Below, in pieces: positions 38,143 to 50,499 of a stretch of DNA of 64,000 bases. A program made the translations under genes and the position numbers. The DNA is from Callorhinchus milii. Lineage: Eukaryota. Location: contig NW_024704743.1 of assembly GCF_018977255.1 (NCBI RefSeq), positions 90,956,001 to 91,020,000 on the forward strand. Direction: 5' to 3'. Below the pieces are notes generated by a model. The model saw only the letters and a program-made list of their open reading frames with translations, did no database searches and had not been told where the DNA came from. The first letter of the stretch is position 1, and every line of letters starts with the position of its first letter.

Positions 38143-41100
38143 AACTAATGTAACAAACGTTAAGCAAGCCAGTGGAGATACTAATCGAGTGTATCCTTCA
38201 CTAGCATAAAGCACGTAAGACACAGATTAAAGGACTTTCTTTCAACTCAAACAATGTGCTTACTGCAACCTGAGAAGAGATTTCCAATTAACCTAGTGCA
38301 TTTTCCCCCTCTTTTCTTCCCCTCTCCTCCATCCCCACAATCACCAACAAAAATGTCTTCCTTACGAGAGTACAAATTAATTTGACGCTGAGGAGTGACG
38401 TCAAATAGGAATGAAAGCCACGCAGAATGAGCCCTCAACTGAATTGAAATACAGATGGTCAAACTAGATGCTGACCCATTCAGTTTCCCCTCAAGATCAT
38501 ATCAAGCTTGGAAACAATATCCTGTAAATGTTTAAATTGAAAACTGAAGGAAGACGTACATACTGGCTGGGAAAAATTAGAAATGCATTTTAGCAACAGT
38601 AATGTAGAGAAGAACACTGAAAAGCAGAGATTTTTGACACGATTTTCCACTGAAGGAAGTTGCAGAATTCAATTACATCCTCATACCTCCCCAGGGCATT
38701 TTAAAACAAAAAGACAATCTATCCTCTCAGGTTAGCTGCTCCTATATCTGTCCTCTGTTGTTTAGGTCAGGTGAACTGCCAGACAGAATGACAAGCCCAT
38801 CATACTGCTTGGTAATACTGAGCCCAGGTGCTGAGCCTCATGGCTGAGATCCTTCAAGACCATGGCTTTAACACAACCCCCATTCGCCACAGCCAGGTGA
38901 GGCACATACCCCCCACCCCGACCAGACGACAGCGCACTTATATCTCACTTATTACACCATAGTACAAATGGTTATTCAGCAAAACTAAGTTACTGCATCA
39001 TGATTGGTGCAAAGAAGCTGGAATTCAGTGTTACAGTATTTGGCATGGAGCAGGAAAGTTTCAAAACTGTTCTGGTGTTGGATGTTGGGAAAGAATTGTG
39101 GAGGTCTAGTGGAGGGGGAAGATTTGCAGTACAATTAACTTGTGCTTGTTTTATTAAATATATTTGTAGCTGAAATTCAAATTAACCTCAGACTCCGGTC
39201 ACAACCAGCTCTACTAAAGCACTTTGAGATGTCCTCCCAACCTGAAAGGCACTGTACAAATGTATTGAATTGTCTACAGGCTACACAAACCTTAGTCAAA
39301 TCATTCGAAAAAAAGCACTCAAGCTTGGCTCTTACAATTCACATTGCAACGAAACGACTGAACTTCCAGCCTGTATAGTATTTCATCATCAAGCTGCCAG
39401 TTGCCATATACTGCATTCCAATTTCCCATCACAAACCCACTGAGCAATTAAAACCAGAGTATGACAGAAGAGCACACCAATTACTTTAGGAAAGAGCAAT
39501 CTACTTTACTTGCACAGCAAGCAAGCCTCGTTTGAGTGAGGGGTTGATTTGAATACGAGTCTCCTGTGGACTCGTGGTTACCAGAATTGACGTACAATTC
39601 TACCACAGCTCTGGCATTGCCCATGAGGGCGGACACGGCTGAGTTGCTGGTTTCCTATACGATGCTGGTCAGCTCATGTTGAAAGTGATGTCAGCAATGA
39701 CCAGACTGATCTGGAAGAAGGGCTGGCAGCTATATTGTTTTCTCAGACCCATTATGGACTTGTGTTTAGTTTTTTGTACCTCAAAAAGCATTACAACAGG
39801 TTTGCCCTGTTCAGTTGTACCACTCCACTCCAGCACGACTAAAGAAGCTTGAGATATTATTCCAAAAATAATCTACCTTCAATAGCGCAACATGGCCAAT
39901 ACACATAAAATCAGGAGTAAGGGCTGTTTAAGTTTAAAAACTATTTTCCAGGATTTATTGGAAGTAGCAAGAATCATGAACAGTATATGCTTTAATACAG
40001 TACTCCTATGTCCTACTTGAAACAACAGCTAACTTCCAAAAATAGCTATTGGATCAGAATTATGTAATTAAGTCTTAACGGACTCTTGCTTTTGGGAAGA
40101 AGTGGAAGTGGGAAATAATACTCTTTCCGACCACAGAATCACTAAAAAGTTCAATCACCAAAATATCTCTGCCACTGTTACATCTGCTGAAAACATTAGA
40201 ATTAGTAACACAAACTGCAGATGTTAAACACAAAAGCTATTGAGCCGTTCGGATCAACCCCTTCCTTATAGACAATGGAAAACATATTCTGTTGGTTTCA
40301 TTCCACCAACCATCTCCGGTGGGAGAGCAGAAAGGGACATACTACTCACCAAAACCTAATCAAAAGTTTCATGCATCTTTACAAAAACTAGCCTTCTCTC
40401 CAGATAATATTTCTGCTCACAGGCTGTCGCTTGAATAACATTAAAATCAAACACAATTTTGGTTCTCTGTGCATGCGTCAAGTTGAGCAGAATGCCAAAA
40501 TTTGGGTGGGGGGGGGTGGGGGTTCCTCCAGCCCAATTGAAAGTGATGTGCAGCAGGAGGTATTACATATCCTGCTGAGAGCAAAGAAGCTTTTCTCCAA
40601 ATAGTATAAAACATAGCAATAGAGCTAAATGCCTCACCACCCTGGTTGCTTTCTCTCTGAATCCATTCTAATGCTTTAATGTTCTTTTGTCAGTAAAACT
40701 GCACACAATAATCTGACTAATACCACACCAATGATCTATAAGGTTAGAATAACCTCTTCTGCCTTAAAATACTCCCAAATTTGTTGACAGTTTTATATTG
40801 ATAATACATGATAAACCATGCTGAAATCTTTTTGGGTTCTCCACCTGTGTCATTGCCCATTCTTGTGTGCACATCTTTACAATTGCAAAACTTTCCTTCT
40901 GTAACCAACTTTAAGGAAGTGTTTGCAACAGAAGATCCAAATCTCAAGAAGTGCTTGAAAGAGGAAGTTCATTGCATCAAGTCATCCATATGCAGTTTCC
41001 AAGAGGGTCAGTCTTGGAAGGGTTTGATAAATGAGATTTCAACTTTCACTAAAAGTCCCACACTATCTGCAAAACCATTACAATTTTAACAAGATATAAA

Positions 41101-41371
41101 TTTATACCAATGATTTGCCTTTTTCATATCAATGCTATATTTCTCTCTTTAACTCTCCTGCTAGACTCAATTGAATTACAATGACAAAATTGAGAGCAAA
41201 CAAGGTCATCTTAAGTGATACCTGAATTGTAATATTCCCAATTTTATTAAACATCATTAATAGGAAATCTAAATCCTAAGATTTCAACACTATCGGCTTG
41301 CTCCTTAAAGAGTTTGAGTACAAGTAAACTTTTAGCATTTATTCAATACACCATATAATAATATTTTATAT

Positions 41372-41749
41372 GGAATCCTGTAGCTCAGTGGTTAGACCAC
41401 TCGCCTCGCAAGTGAGAGACCTGGGTTTGATTGCCAGCAAGGCGAAATGTTGGGCAAGTTTCCTTACTCTACATGTCTCTGTTTACCTAGCAGTAAGTAG
41501 GAACCCAATTGTTAATTTACTGGTAGATCGCTTTTCCGGGGTTAATAATTCCTTATATATATATATATGTACACACATAATAAATTGATCACTCAATCCA
41601 TGATGATTTGTGAGACACTGCACAACTGGCTGCAGTGTTTAGCCCACACAATATACAGTTAATTCATTTTACAGTATAATCTGTGAAGCACTTTGATACA
41701 TCGCAAAGACATGATATGGCACTATATCAAATGCAAGGATTATTATTAT
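41372..41749 (+). mobile_element. Older, longer subfamily of the tRNA SINE
   Basis: Same head and tail, plus an extra segment tgtttacctagcagtaagtaggaaccc also seen at 55040-55110. Confidence 0.85.
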
Positions 41750-44700
41750 TTTAATATAATGCCTTTCATGTGCCACAGGAAGGCAGGGAAGGTCATTTTA
41801 TAAAGCACCAGTTCGTTTCTGACAGATACTGAAAGAGTCTGTAACAAATTAATTAAGTTTTGTTTCATAATGTTTAAACAAGCAAATTTTGACACATTCA
41901 TTATTCCAAAGTGACTGGTCACCTCTGGGTATTCTCTTAAATAAATCCCTGGGCCCTCCATCTGCTGGCTGTGCAGGCACGAGACACGTCCCATAAAAGG
42001 GATTTTCATTTGTCCTTCCCAAAGGCAGTCACACTCAGTGATGCCAGAGATAGAGACAAATAGCTTCCCATTCCTCGTTTATCTGTGCATGAAGATCAGT
42101 CTTTCAAATGAGGAAAATATAAATCAAAATAGAGTAACATCAGGAAAGGAGTAAACTGTTGAACAAGAACCAATTAAACATGATTCAAGATTCAGCAGTA
42201 AAATCCAAAATAGATTTGGACTTTTGCATAGGATAGATAATAATAATCCTTTCATGTGATATAATGCCTTTCAATGTCAGGAGGACGTCTCAAAGTGCTT
42301 CACATGATTTACTGTAAAGTGTAATGATTTTGTAGACAAACAAGACAACCAATTTACACACAATAATGTTTCCCAGCAGAGGTGCAATTTAATACAAAAT
42401 AAAAAGCATCTCTAACTGCCAGTTTACAAGGAATATGACATTTACTCGACCACCAGGATAGTTCCAGCAATAATTCTACGTTTAACGGGATATGTTCCAA
42501 GGAATGAGAAACAGGATTGGAACAAAAAGCACATCCTTCAGATGAGGTCCCATCTGCCTGTTCAAGTGGATGTTAAGGAAGATCCCAAGGCACTATTCCA
42601 AATGAAAAGGGAGTTTCTCCCAATGTCCTGGCCAACAATCCCTCAACTAAAATTGGTCACTCGCTCCATGGCTGTTTGTGGAATACTGCTAAGCGCAACT
42701 GGCCTGCCTCGTTTCACCCCAAAAATATACAGTCAATACGCTTTACAGTACATCCTGTGAAGCATTTTGAGATATTTCAATGATGTAATAAGCACTATAT
42801 CAAAACCAAGGATTATTATTATTATTATCTTCAATTATCTTCAATTCCACTTCTTAGATTTGAAACTACATCTGCACATGTCCCACATCATTCACTATTC
42901 ATGTTTGCCTACAAAATACAGTAATTACACTTTACTGTATATCCTGTGAAGCACTCCGAGACATCCTCCAAACGTCTAATGTTCAAATATCCCCACCTTT
43001 CCTCTTTTCAAAACTGCAGTCATTCCTATCCCCCAAAATACATCCTCAACCCTTCAAAACTCTCTATCTAACAGCCCATCTACAGCCTGTCCATCCTATC
43101 AAGAGACCAGGAAAGCATCTTTGCTACCGCATTATGCTCACGTGTCCTTTCCTGAACCTCTCCAATCGTTCACACAACAGTGAGACTGTTTTCGTCTGTC
43201 ACAGCTGACGTACTCCTCACTCTATGACAAAATCTCCTTGTGCCTCCCTGTCATCTCTCCTGCCCACAACACATTAACCATTGTGCTGCCTCTCGCACCT
43301 GCCTTTGTGGGGCTGCACTTTCCTGGTTTCAATCCAACTTGAGCCTCACCTCCACTTTGTTTCCTCAAATGACTTTTCTTCTTGTCTTCACACAATCACC
43401 TGCGATATATCTTGGGCTCTTCCTCAGACTCCTTCCTTTATCTCATCATTCCACAAACACATGTGAGACCCACATCTACCTCCGCTTCTATCCTTGATTT
43501 CAGATTCAGTTCAACCTTCAACTCTTTCCTTCTTCTCTTCCTACACTTCTTGACTGGGACATTTTCATTTGTTGCCTATGATCGTCCTGATAAATTTGTG
43601 TTGCAACAGTGTTTGCCCAAGTCTCTCAAATGTGAATGAGTATTGGTGACTGCTAAACATTTTATCCTCCAAATCCATGACTGACAGGGACATTCTGGCA
43701 ATACAGCCATATCAATATTCTCTTAGATTTTAGTAGAAAACATATTGAACATTTCAGGCTTATAGAACGCAAAATGATGGGTAAGAGTTAAAAGTGCACA
43801 AGTTAAGGAAACAATCAGAATAAGTAAATAATTAACAATTGCATTTACTGTAGAGCCTGATTAATTAGAAACATCTCAAAGTATGTTTACAGGGAATATC
43901 TCGTAGGCAAGGGCGAGAACAAACCTGAATTAACAGTGTTCACAACGAACAATGACATGATGGAGCAATAAATCATTTTGTGACGACTTTGCATAAGGGA
44001 GGAATGTTGTTCAGCCAGAAAATAAGAGGTAGGTAGAGGAAATGAAAAGGTAAAGAGAGATTTACATAGTCTGAGAGTTTGCAATTATATATAGTATTTG
44101 TGTCTGTGTATTCTAAATGGTCACTCTAAACAGAAAGACTAGGTTCTCCTTTTCATTCTAAGTTTACATTCCTGTAAAAATATTATACACCAAATGTAAA
44201 GGTCATTTACAAAGGGTCAAACATCCTTGAAAATTATGATTTTAATTGTGCATAGACCCTCACAGGATTACATATAAACTCCAGGAATAGTCCACACATG
44301 CAGCTTAATGGATGCATGGATGGAAAACATGATAAAAAAAATTGTGAAGAAGTTTCATTATTTAATACACGTCACGCTCTTTCCTCATGTTACCTGAAAT
44401 ATTGCTAAGGTGAAACTTAACCAGTTCACCCTGATAAACTTTCACCTTGATTTCAATTCTTGTGCTCATTCACAAATAGACCGGTAAATGCAGTAGAACA
44501 GTTATGATTCTTATTTAACGCTAGTGAAAATATTATTAGGGCAATGGTACCTTCACTCCACAGTGTAACAAAACCCAATTTGCCTTCAGTATGCCTTCTG
44601 GTGTCATCCTGGCTTAGTTAGTATCACTTCCAGCAGGGTAACGCTCAATTGTTGGAAGGTGCCATCTTTCAGATGATTAAACTAAAGTCCCTTTTTTGTA

Positions 44701-45604
44701 CGATACGATACTTCTATCTTTTCAGGTGGATGTTAAAAATCCCATGGCACTATTAAAAAAAAGGGAGTTTCTCCCAATGTCCTGGCTACCAATTCCCCAA
44801 ATAAAATTGGTCATTCATTTCAATGACTGTTTAACATTGCTGTATGCAAACTGGCCACTTTCACCTACAAAATAGTCACTACGATTTACAGTAAAGCTGT
44901 GAGGTGCTTTGAAATGTCCTCCTGATGTGAATGAAGTTATATCACGTGCAAGGATTGTATGGTTATAAAATTGAAGTGTGTGTGGAACAGAAGAGATAAC
45001 TTTTTTTTCACAAAGCTTTTTTTCCCCACAAAAAAAAGGACTTTTCGTATTAGTTCAGAATTATCAGCCCCAAGAAAAGTATAACTTCAAGCTTCCATCT
45101 CCCCACCCCCACCCCACTCCCCTTCCAAGTTGCGAGGAGATATAGCTTTGAGATGGTGGGAAGCTTATGTGCCTCCCAAAGTGGCTCCAGTAATGTCAGT
45201 CCAAGTCTGTACTCCAGATTGGTTTGGTGGGAGGAGGAAGGGCTGATCCACAGCAACTCAACACTCAAAAAAAGACAACTATCCCAGCATGCAGGAGCGA
45301 GCAGCCTGTACTGAACTTGTCCCACTCCAGCCCAGCTCTCAAGCTGCAAAGCTCCTGTTAAAATTAATGGGGGCTCTCCTTCGCCCTTGGTCATGTAGGA
45401 ATAAGAGAGAGAGAAAGAGCCCAAAGTAATGGGTTACGTTCCACAGTGGATAAATTATTGTACAAAAATGAAGATTTTCCCACAGCATTTCTTTCAGCTG
45501 ATTTTAAAGAAAGTGATGGGAGCATGAAGGAGGAACGTAAAGCGATTCTGCACAAAAGACACTCCCTCTCGTCTTTATTCTCGATTTCGTCATTACTTCA
45601 TCTA

Positions 45605-45836
45605 CTATCCCACGGTCCCTTTGCCTCGCTTTCTCCCTCGCCTCCTTCAAGGCCGGTCTCAAGGCCCTTCTCTTCAACCGTGCCTTTGGTCACCCTTCCA
45701 CCTCTCTGCCTTCCCTCACCCCTATACCACACTTCCCCCATTCTCGGGCCCCGACACCTGACTGTTCAGCGCTTTGAGACATCCTCCGGCAGTGAAAGGC
45801 GCTCTATAAATGTAATTTTGTTGCTGTTGTTGTTGT
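45605..45836 (+). mobile_element. L2 3' end
   Basis: ccttcaaggccggtctcaag...gaaaggcgctctataaatgtaattttgttg, shared with the other L2 copies. Confidence 0.9.
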
Positions 45837-46194
45837 ATCTATACAAACCTATTCTTCAAAATGCTAGCAATAGATTTTTTCCTCTCAGTCCTATCCCTAA
45901 AATAGCTGAAATAAGAAACTCAAATGCAATAGCAACTGAAACCTTTGCTGCATCCTTGCAAAGATTTGTCTGCAGCTGCCTTTCGTGGTATAAAAAGAGG
46001 GGCACAGTATCCTTGAGAAGTATCGTATTTAACAATTTTTTTTGCCCGCATCTGTTTTACAAACGCACAACAAAGTAAAACTGCACCAAAAAGAGTGCAT
46101 CAGGTCAGAGTATTAAAACTAGCACCCTGCCTGTTTCCCTCCACCACCTTCCCCCCGAAACATAAAATGTCAAATAATGGTATTTTCCCAGGGG

Positions 46195-46450
46195 AAGAGT
46201 ATTTTTTTGGCCAGCCAGGTGTCTGGCACATGCAGAAACCCATCACCATGCTTAAAAATATCCAAACCAGGCAGAGTTCCTTGCATCCCACCTCCACATG
46301 GAAATTCCCATGCACTGGAATGGAATGCACACTTTCTTCCTGGAGAGACGCATCCTGCTTACCTAACGTTGGAGAGGATTAGGAGGTGCAGGGTGGCAAG
46401 ATCCTCGGCTTGGGGGACCCCAGTGTGTGCTTTGAGGGTATTGTACCCTC
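46195..46450 (-). repeat. Unclassified interspersed repeat, copy C (3' part)
   Basis: Reverse complement contains cacacactggggtcccccaagcc, ttaggtaagcaggatg and ccagacacctggctggccaaaaaaa. Confidence 0.8.
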
Positions 46451-46776
46451 TTTGAACAAAGACACCACAGGTTATTTAAAAAATGGTGGTAGGTGGACGT
46501 GTGCTACCTGTGTGTTGGCTGAATTGCTCCCAAATCCAAATGCAATAGGAATTCCTTGCCTTTGCTGCTTCAAAATAAAACCCTGATGTTATCTTGATCT
46601 GAGCGGGATTTTTTTCTTTTCTTTTTCTCTTGTTAAAATCAATAACATTTTGAAAACATTTTTATAAAAAAACACCCTCCTCTTAAGCTCCCTTCCAGAT
46701 GCTCGCCACAAATGTGCCATTATATATATATATATAAATGAATAAAATCCCTTCTTGCAAAACTAAGCTGGAATCA

Positions 46777-46990
46777 TAAAATAATAATAATAATAATCCT
46801 TGCATTTGATACAGCGCTTTTCACGTCTTCTCGACGTCTCAAAGCGCTTCGCAGAATATGCTGCCAAGTGAATCGACCGTACAGTTGCGGGCGAAACGCG
46901 GCAGCCGATTGCGCACAGCGGTGTCCCGCAAGCAGTCGGCGATCGAAAACGACCAATTTATGACTGTTTTTATTTTGGAGGGACTATCAT
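46777..46990 (-). mobile_element. 5'-truncated SINE, unusually GC/CpG-rich
   Basis: Aligns to the family core and tail. Confidence 0.9.
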
Positions 46991-47099
46991 CAGCTGCAGC
47001 TGTCGTTCCCCCCCCCCAACCCCTCCCCTCCCCCCCCACCCCTCAAGGAAGTAATAATAATAATAATCCTCGCAAGTAACAACAATACAGCAAACCCCA

Positions 47100-48975
47100 A
47101 TGTGTGTGATTTTTCCAGCTGTGTGTGTTGTGTGTGTGTGTTGTGTGTGTGTTGTGTGGTGTGTGTGTGTGTGTTGTGTGGTGTGTGTGTTGTGTGTGTG
47201 TGTGTGTTGTGTGGTGTGTGTGGTGTGTATGTTGTGTGTGTTGTGTGTGTGTGTGGTGGGTGTGTGTTGTGTGGTGTGTGTGTGTGTGTGTGTTGTGTGG
47301 TGTGTGTGTGTGTGTGGTGTGTGTGTGTTGTGTGGGTGTGGTGTGTGTGTATGTGGTGTGTGTGTTGGTGTGTGTGTGTTGGTGTGTGTTGGTGTGTGTG
47401 TGTGTTGGTGTGTGTGTGTGTTGGTGTGTGTGTGTGTGGTGTGTGTGTTGGTGTGTGTGTGTGTGTTGGTGTGTGTGGTGTGTGTGTGTGTTGGTGTGTG
47501 TGTGTGTGTGTTGTGTGTTGTGTGTGTGTGTGTTGTGTGGTGTGTGTGTGTGTGTGTGTGTGTGGGTGTGTGTGTGTGTGGGGGGGTGTGTGTGGTGTGT
47601 ATGTGTGTGTGTGGGTGTGTGTGGTGTATGTGTATGTGTGTGTGGTGTATGTGTGTGTGTTGTGTGTTGGTGTGTGTGTGTGTGTATGTATGTATGTGTG
47701 TGGTGTATGTGTGTGTGTGTGTGTGTTGGTGTATGTGTGTGTGTGTTGGTGTATGTGTGTGTGTGTGTGGTGTATGTGTGTGTGTGTGTGTGTATGTGTG
47801 TGTGTGTGTGGGGGGGGGGTGGAGGGGAGTGTGTGTGTATGTGTGTATGTGTGTGTTGTGTGTGTGTGGTGTGTGTGTGTGTGGGGGGGGGGTGGAGGGG
47901 AGTGTGTGTGTATGTGTGTGTGTATGTGTGTGTTGTGTGTGTGTGGTGTGTATGTGTGTGTGTGTGTGGGGGGGGGGGGGTGGAGGGGAGTGTGTGTGTA
48001 TGTGTGTGTGTGTGTGTGTGTGGTGTGTGTGTGTGGGGGGGGGGGGGTGGAGGGGTGTGTGTGTGTGTGTATGTGTGTGTGTGTGTGGGTGGGGGTGGAG
48101 GGGAGTGTGTGTGTGTGTGTGTGTTGGTGTGTATGTGTGTGGGTGTGTGTGTGTGTGTGTGTATGTGTGTGTGTGTGGTGGTGTGTGTGTGTGTGTGTGT
48201 ATGTGTGTGTGTGTGTTGGTGTATGTGTGTGTGTGTTGGTGTATGTGTGTGTGTGTGTGGTGTATGTGTGTGTGTGTGGTGTGTGTGTGTATGTGTGTGT
48301 GTGTGTGGGGGGGGGGTGGAGGGGAGTGTGTGTGTATGTGTGTGTGTGTATGTGTGTGTTGTGTGTGTATGGTGTATGTGTGTGTGTGTGTGGGGGGGGG
48401 GGTGGAGGGGAGTGTGTGTGTGTGTGTGTATGTGTGTGTGTGTGTGGGTGGGGGGTGGAGGGGAGTGTGTGTGTGTGTGTGTGTGTGTGTTGGTGTGTAT
48501 GTGTGTGGGTGTGTGTGTGTGTGTGTGTGTATGTGTGTGTGTGTGGTGGTGTGTGTGTGTGTGTTGGTGTGTGTGTGTGGGGGTGGGGGTGGAGGGGAGT
48601 GTGTATGTGTGTGTGGGGGGGGGGGGGGTGGAGGGGAGTGTGTGTGTGTGTGTGTGTATGTGTGTGTGTGTGTGGTGTGTGTGTGTTGGTGTGTGTGTGT
48701 GTGGGGGGTGGAGGGGAGTGTGTGTGTGTATGTGTGTGTGTGTGTTGGTGTGTGTGTGTGTGGTGGTGTGTGTGTGTGTGTTGGTGTGTGTGTGTGTGTG
48801 TTGGTGTGTGTGTTGGTGTGTGTGTGTGTGTGTGGTGTGTGTGTGTGTGTGGGGGGGGAGGGGGTGGAGGGGAGTGTGTGTGTGTGTGTGTGTGGGGGTG
48901 GAGGGGAGTGTGTGTGTGTGTGTGTGTGTATGTGTGTGTGTTGGTGTGTGTGTGTGGGGGGGGGGGGGGGGGGTG

Positions 48976-49007
<32 letters not shown>

Positions 49008-49058
49008 GGGGGGTGGAGGGGAGTGTGTGTGTGTATGTGTGTGTGTGTGTGTGTGTGT
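47100..49058. repeat. ~2-kb compound (GT)n microsatellite with interspersed G-run/GGAGGGGAG units
   Basis: Directly visible; accounts for all the 650-800 aa His/Thr or Val/Cys ORFs. Confidence 0.99.
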
Positions 49059-49092
49059 GAGGATGTAATGACAGAGCCTCACGTCGCCTCAC

Positions 49093-49105
49093 CTTCCACA
49101 GCCAT
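49093..49105 (-). CDS. SAMD12: SAMD12 coding exon 1 (ATG GCT GTG GAA G = MAVE + first base of the Ala codon)
   Basis: Minus strand reads acaATGGCTGTGGAAG|gtgagg: strong Kozak context, canonical donor, inside a CpG island. MAVEA matches the recalled N-terminus of vertebrate SAMD12; phase 1 fits exon 2. Confidence 0.9.
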
Positions 49106-49339
49106 TGTATCAGCGGCGCTTTGCTCCGCACATCGTTCATCCGCCGACACCAGAGAGATGCGGCGCCCGAGGAGGCAACTGGACCACAAACAGGTCGCGA
49201 GGCATCAGCTGCTCTGCTGTCACCACAGCTGAGCCGAGCCGAGCCGAGCCGAGCCCCGCCCCGCACGGCCCCGCACGGCCCCGCCCCGCACCGCCCCGCC
49301 CCGCAGTGCGCAGAGGGCTCCTCCAGCCTCCTGTGGGCA

Positions 49340-49354
49340 CTGGGAGTTGTAGTC
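49340..49354 (-). promoter_or_regulatory. ZNF143/THAP11(Ronin)-HCF1 type promoter motif GACTACAACTCCCAG
   Basis: Exact match to the known vertebrate promoter motif ACTACAnnTCCCA, about 235 nt upstream of the SAMD12 ATG. Confidence 0.75.
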
Positions 49355-49413
49355 CCACCTGCACCCACTCGCCTCATCCCAGATGCCACCCCTGAGCTGG
49401 TCCTGGACCAGGT

Positions 49414-49620
49414 GTCTCTCTCTCTCTCTCTCTAGTGCTGCCCTCCCTCTCTCTCTCTCTCTCTAGTGCTGCCCTCCCTCTCTCCCTCTCTCTCTAGTGC
49501 TGCCCTCCCTCTCTCTCTCTCTCTCTAGTGCTGCCCTCCCTCTCTCCCTCTCTCTCTAGTGCTGCCCTCCCTCTCTCTCTCTCTCTCTAGTGCTGCCCTC
49601 CCTCTCTCTCTCTCCCTCCC
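49414..49620. repeat. Minisatellite, six ~31-bp units of AGTGCTGCCCTCC+(CT)n
   Basis: Six tandem copies of ctAGTGCTGCCCTCCCTCTCTC visible in the promoter. Confidence 0.95.
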
Positions 49621-50124
49621 TGCAGGGCTGGCAGGTGCAGGGCACTGGCCAGGCGCCGCGCTGCCTGGCGGGGTTTGCAGGGCTCCTGGCCTCTGATTCC
49701 CGACCCGCTTTGTCATGCCCCTCATGGGGGTGTTGCCGAGGATGGAGCAGCGCCCCCGTCGCTGACGGTTCCCGCAGCCCAATTCCCGTCGGCTGTTGTC
49801 GGGCAATGATGTCATCTTTCCGACCCACGGGGAAAAAAAAGGGGAATCATAAGGCATTTCTTAAGCGGTGTCTTTTTTTTTTTCCCCCCCTCTCCCCCCC
49901 GCGCGCACGCGTTAACCCGGTTGGTTCGGGCCCCGGGTCGGTCCAGCGCAGTGTTTTCCCCGGAGGTCACCTTTCGAATCGATGCGATTCGGCAATTATT
50001 TCTAATACGGTGCCTTTTGGCGCTGCTTAGGAGCGAGATTGGTCTCGTGTTTTTTTTTTTTATTCGGTGATGCCAAACCGAACCAATTGGAGGCATGCCT
50101 CGATGCCTATTTCATCATCACATT

Positions 50125-50453
50125 AATGATAATAATAATAATAATAATCCTCGCATTTGATATAGCGCTTTTCACGTCGGGAGGACGTCCCAAAGCGCTT
50201 CACAGAACACACTGTAAAGTGAATTGACTGTATATTTGTGGGCGAACGCGGCAGCCAATTGCGCACAGCAATGTCCCACAAACAGTCGTAGATTGAAAAT
50301 GACCAATTTATTATTGTTTTTGGTTTTGGAGGGATTATTATTAGGCTCTGTGTGGAGTAAGGAAACTTGCCCAAGGTTTTGCCCTCTGCCTGGAATTGAA
50401 CTCAGGTCTCTCACTTGCAAAGTGAGTGCTCTAACCACTGAGCTACAGGACTC
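50125..50453 (-). mobile_element. Full-length tRNA(Ala)-derived SINE
   Basis: Nearly identical in body to 14469-14795. Confidence 0.93.
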
Positions 50454-50499
50454 ATTGCAAGTTTGATGAAGAAAAATATCTTTAGGACGTGCAAACACA

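Larger units (their letters stand above)
49060..50100 (-). promoter_or_regulatory. CpG-island promoter / 5' UTR of SAMD12
   Basis: Abrupt rise in GC and CpG around exon 1; GC boxes (ccccgccc) at about 49255-49305; (GCCGA)n run at 49231-49253. Confidence 0.85.

Noticed and set aside
39500..39720. GC-richer block with a minus-strand acceptor-like cttcttccag
   Set aside because: All three frames stop soon after the acceptor, and the SAMD12 exon chain is complete without it.
40808..41089. 93-aa ORF in intron 1
   Set aside because: No homology recognised; antisense to SAMD12; length compatible with chance.
46990..49389. 650-800 aa His/Thr-rich and Val/Cys-rich ORFs on both strands
   Set aside because: Translation artefacts of the (GT)n array, which lacks stop codons.
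49414..49620. CRISPR-like regularly spaced repeats
   Set aside because: The intervening sequence is just (CT)n, not unique spacers; eukaryotic context with no cas genes.
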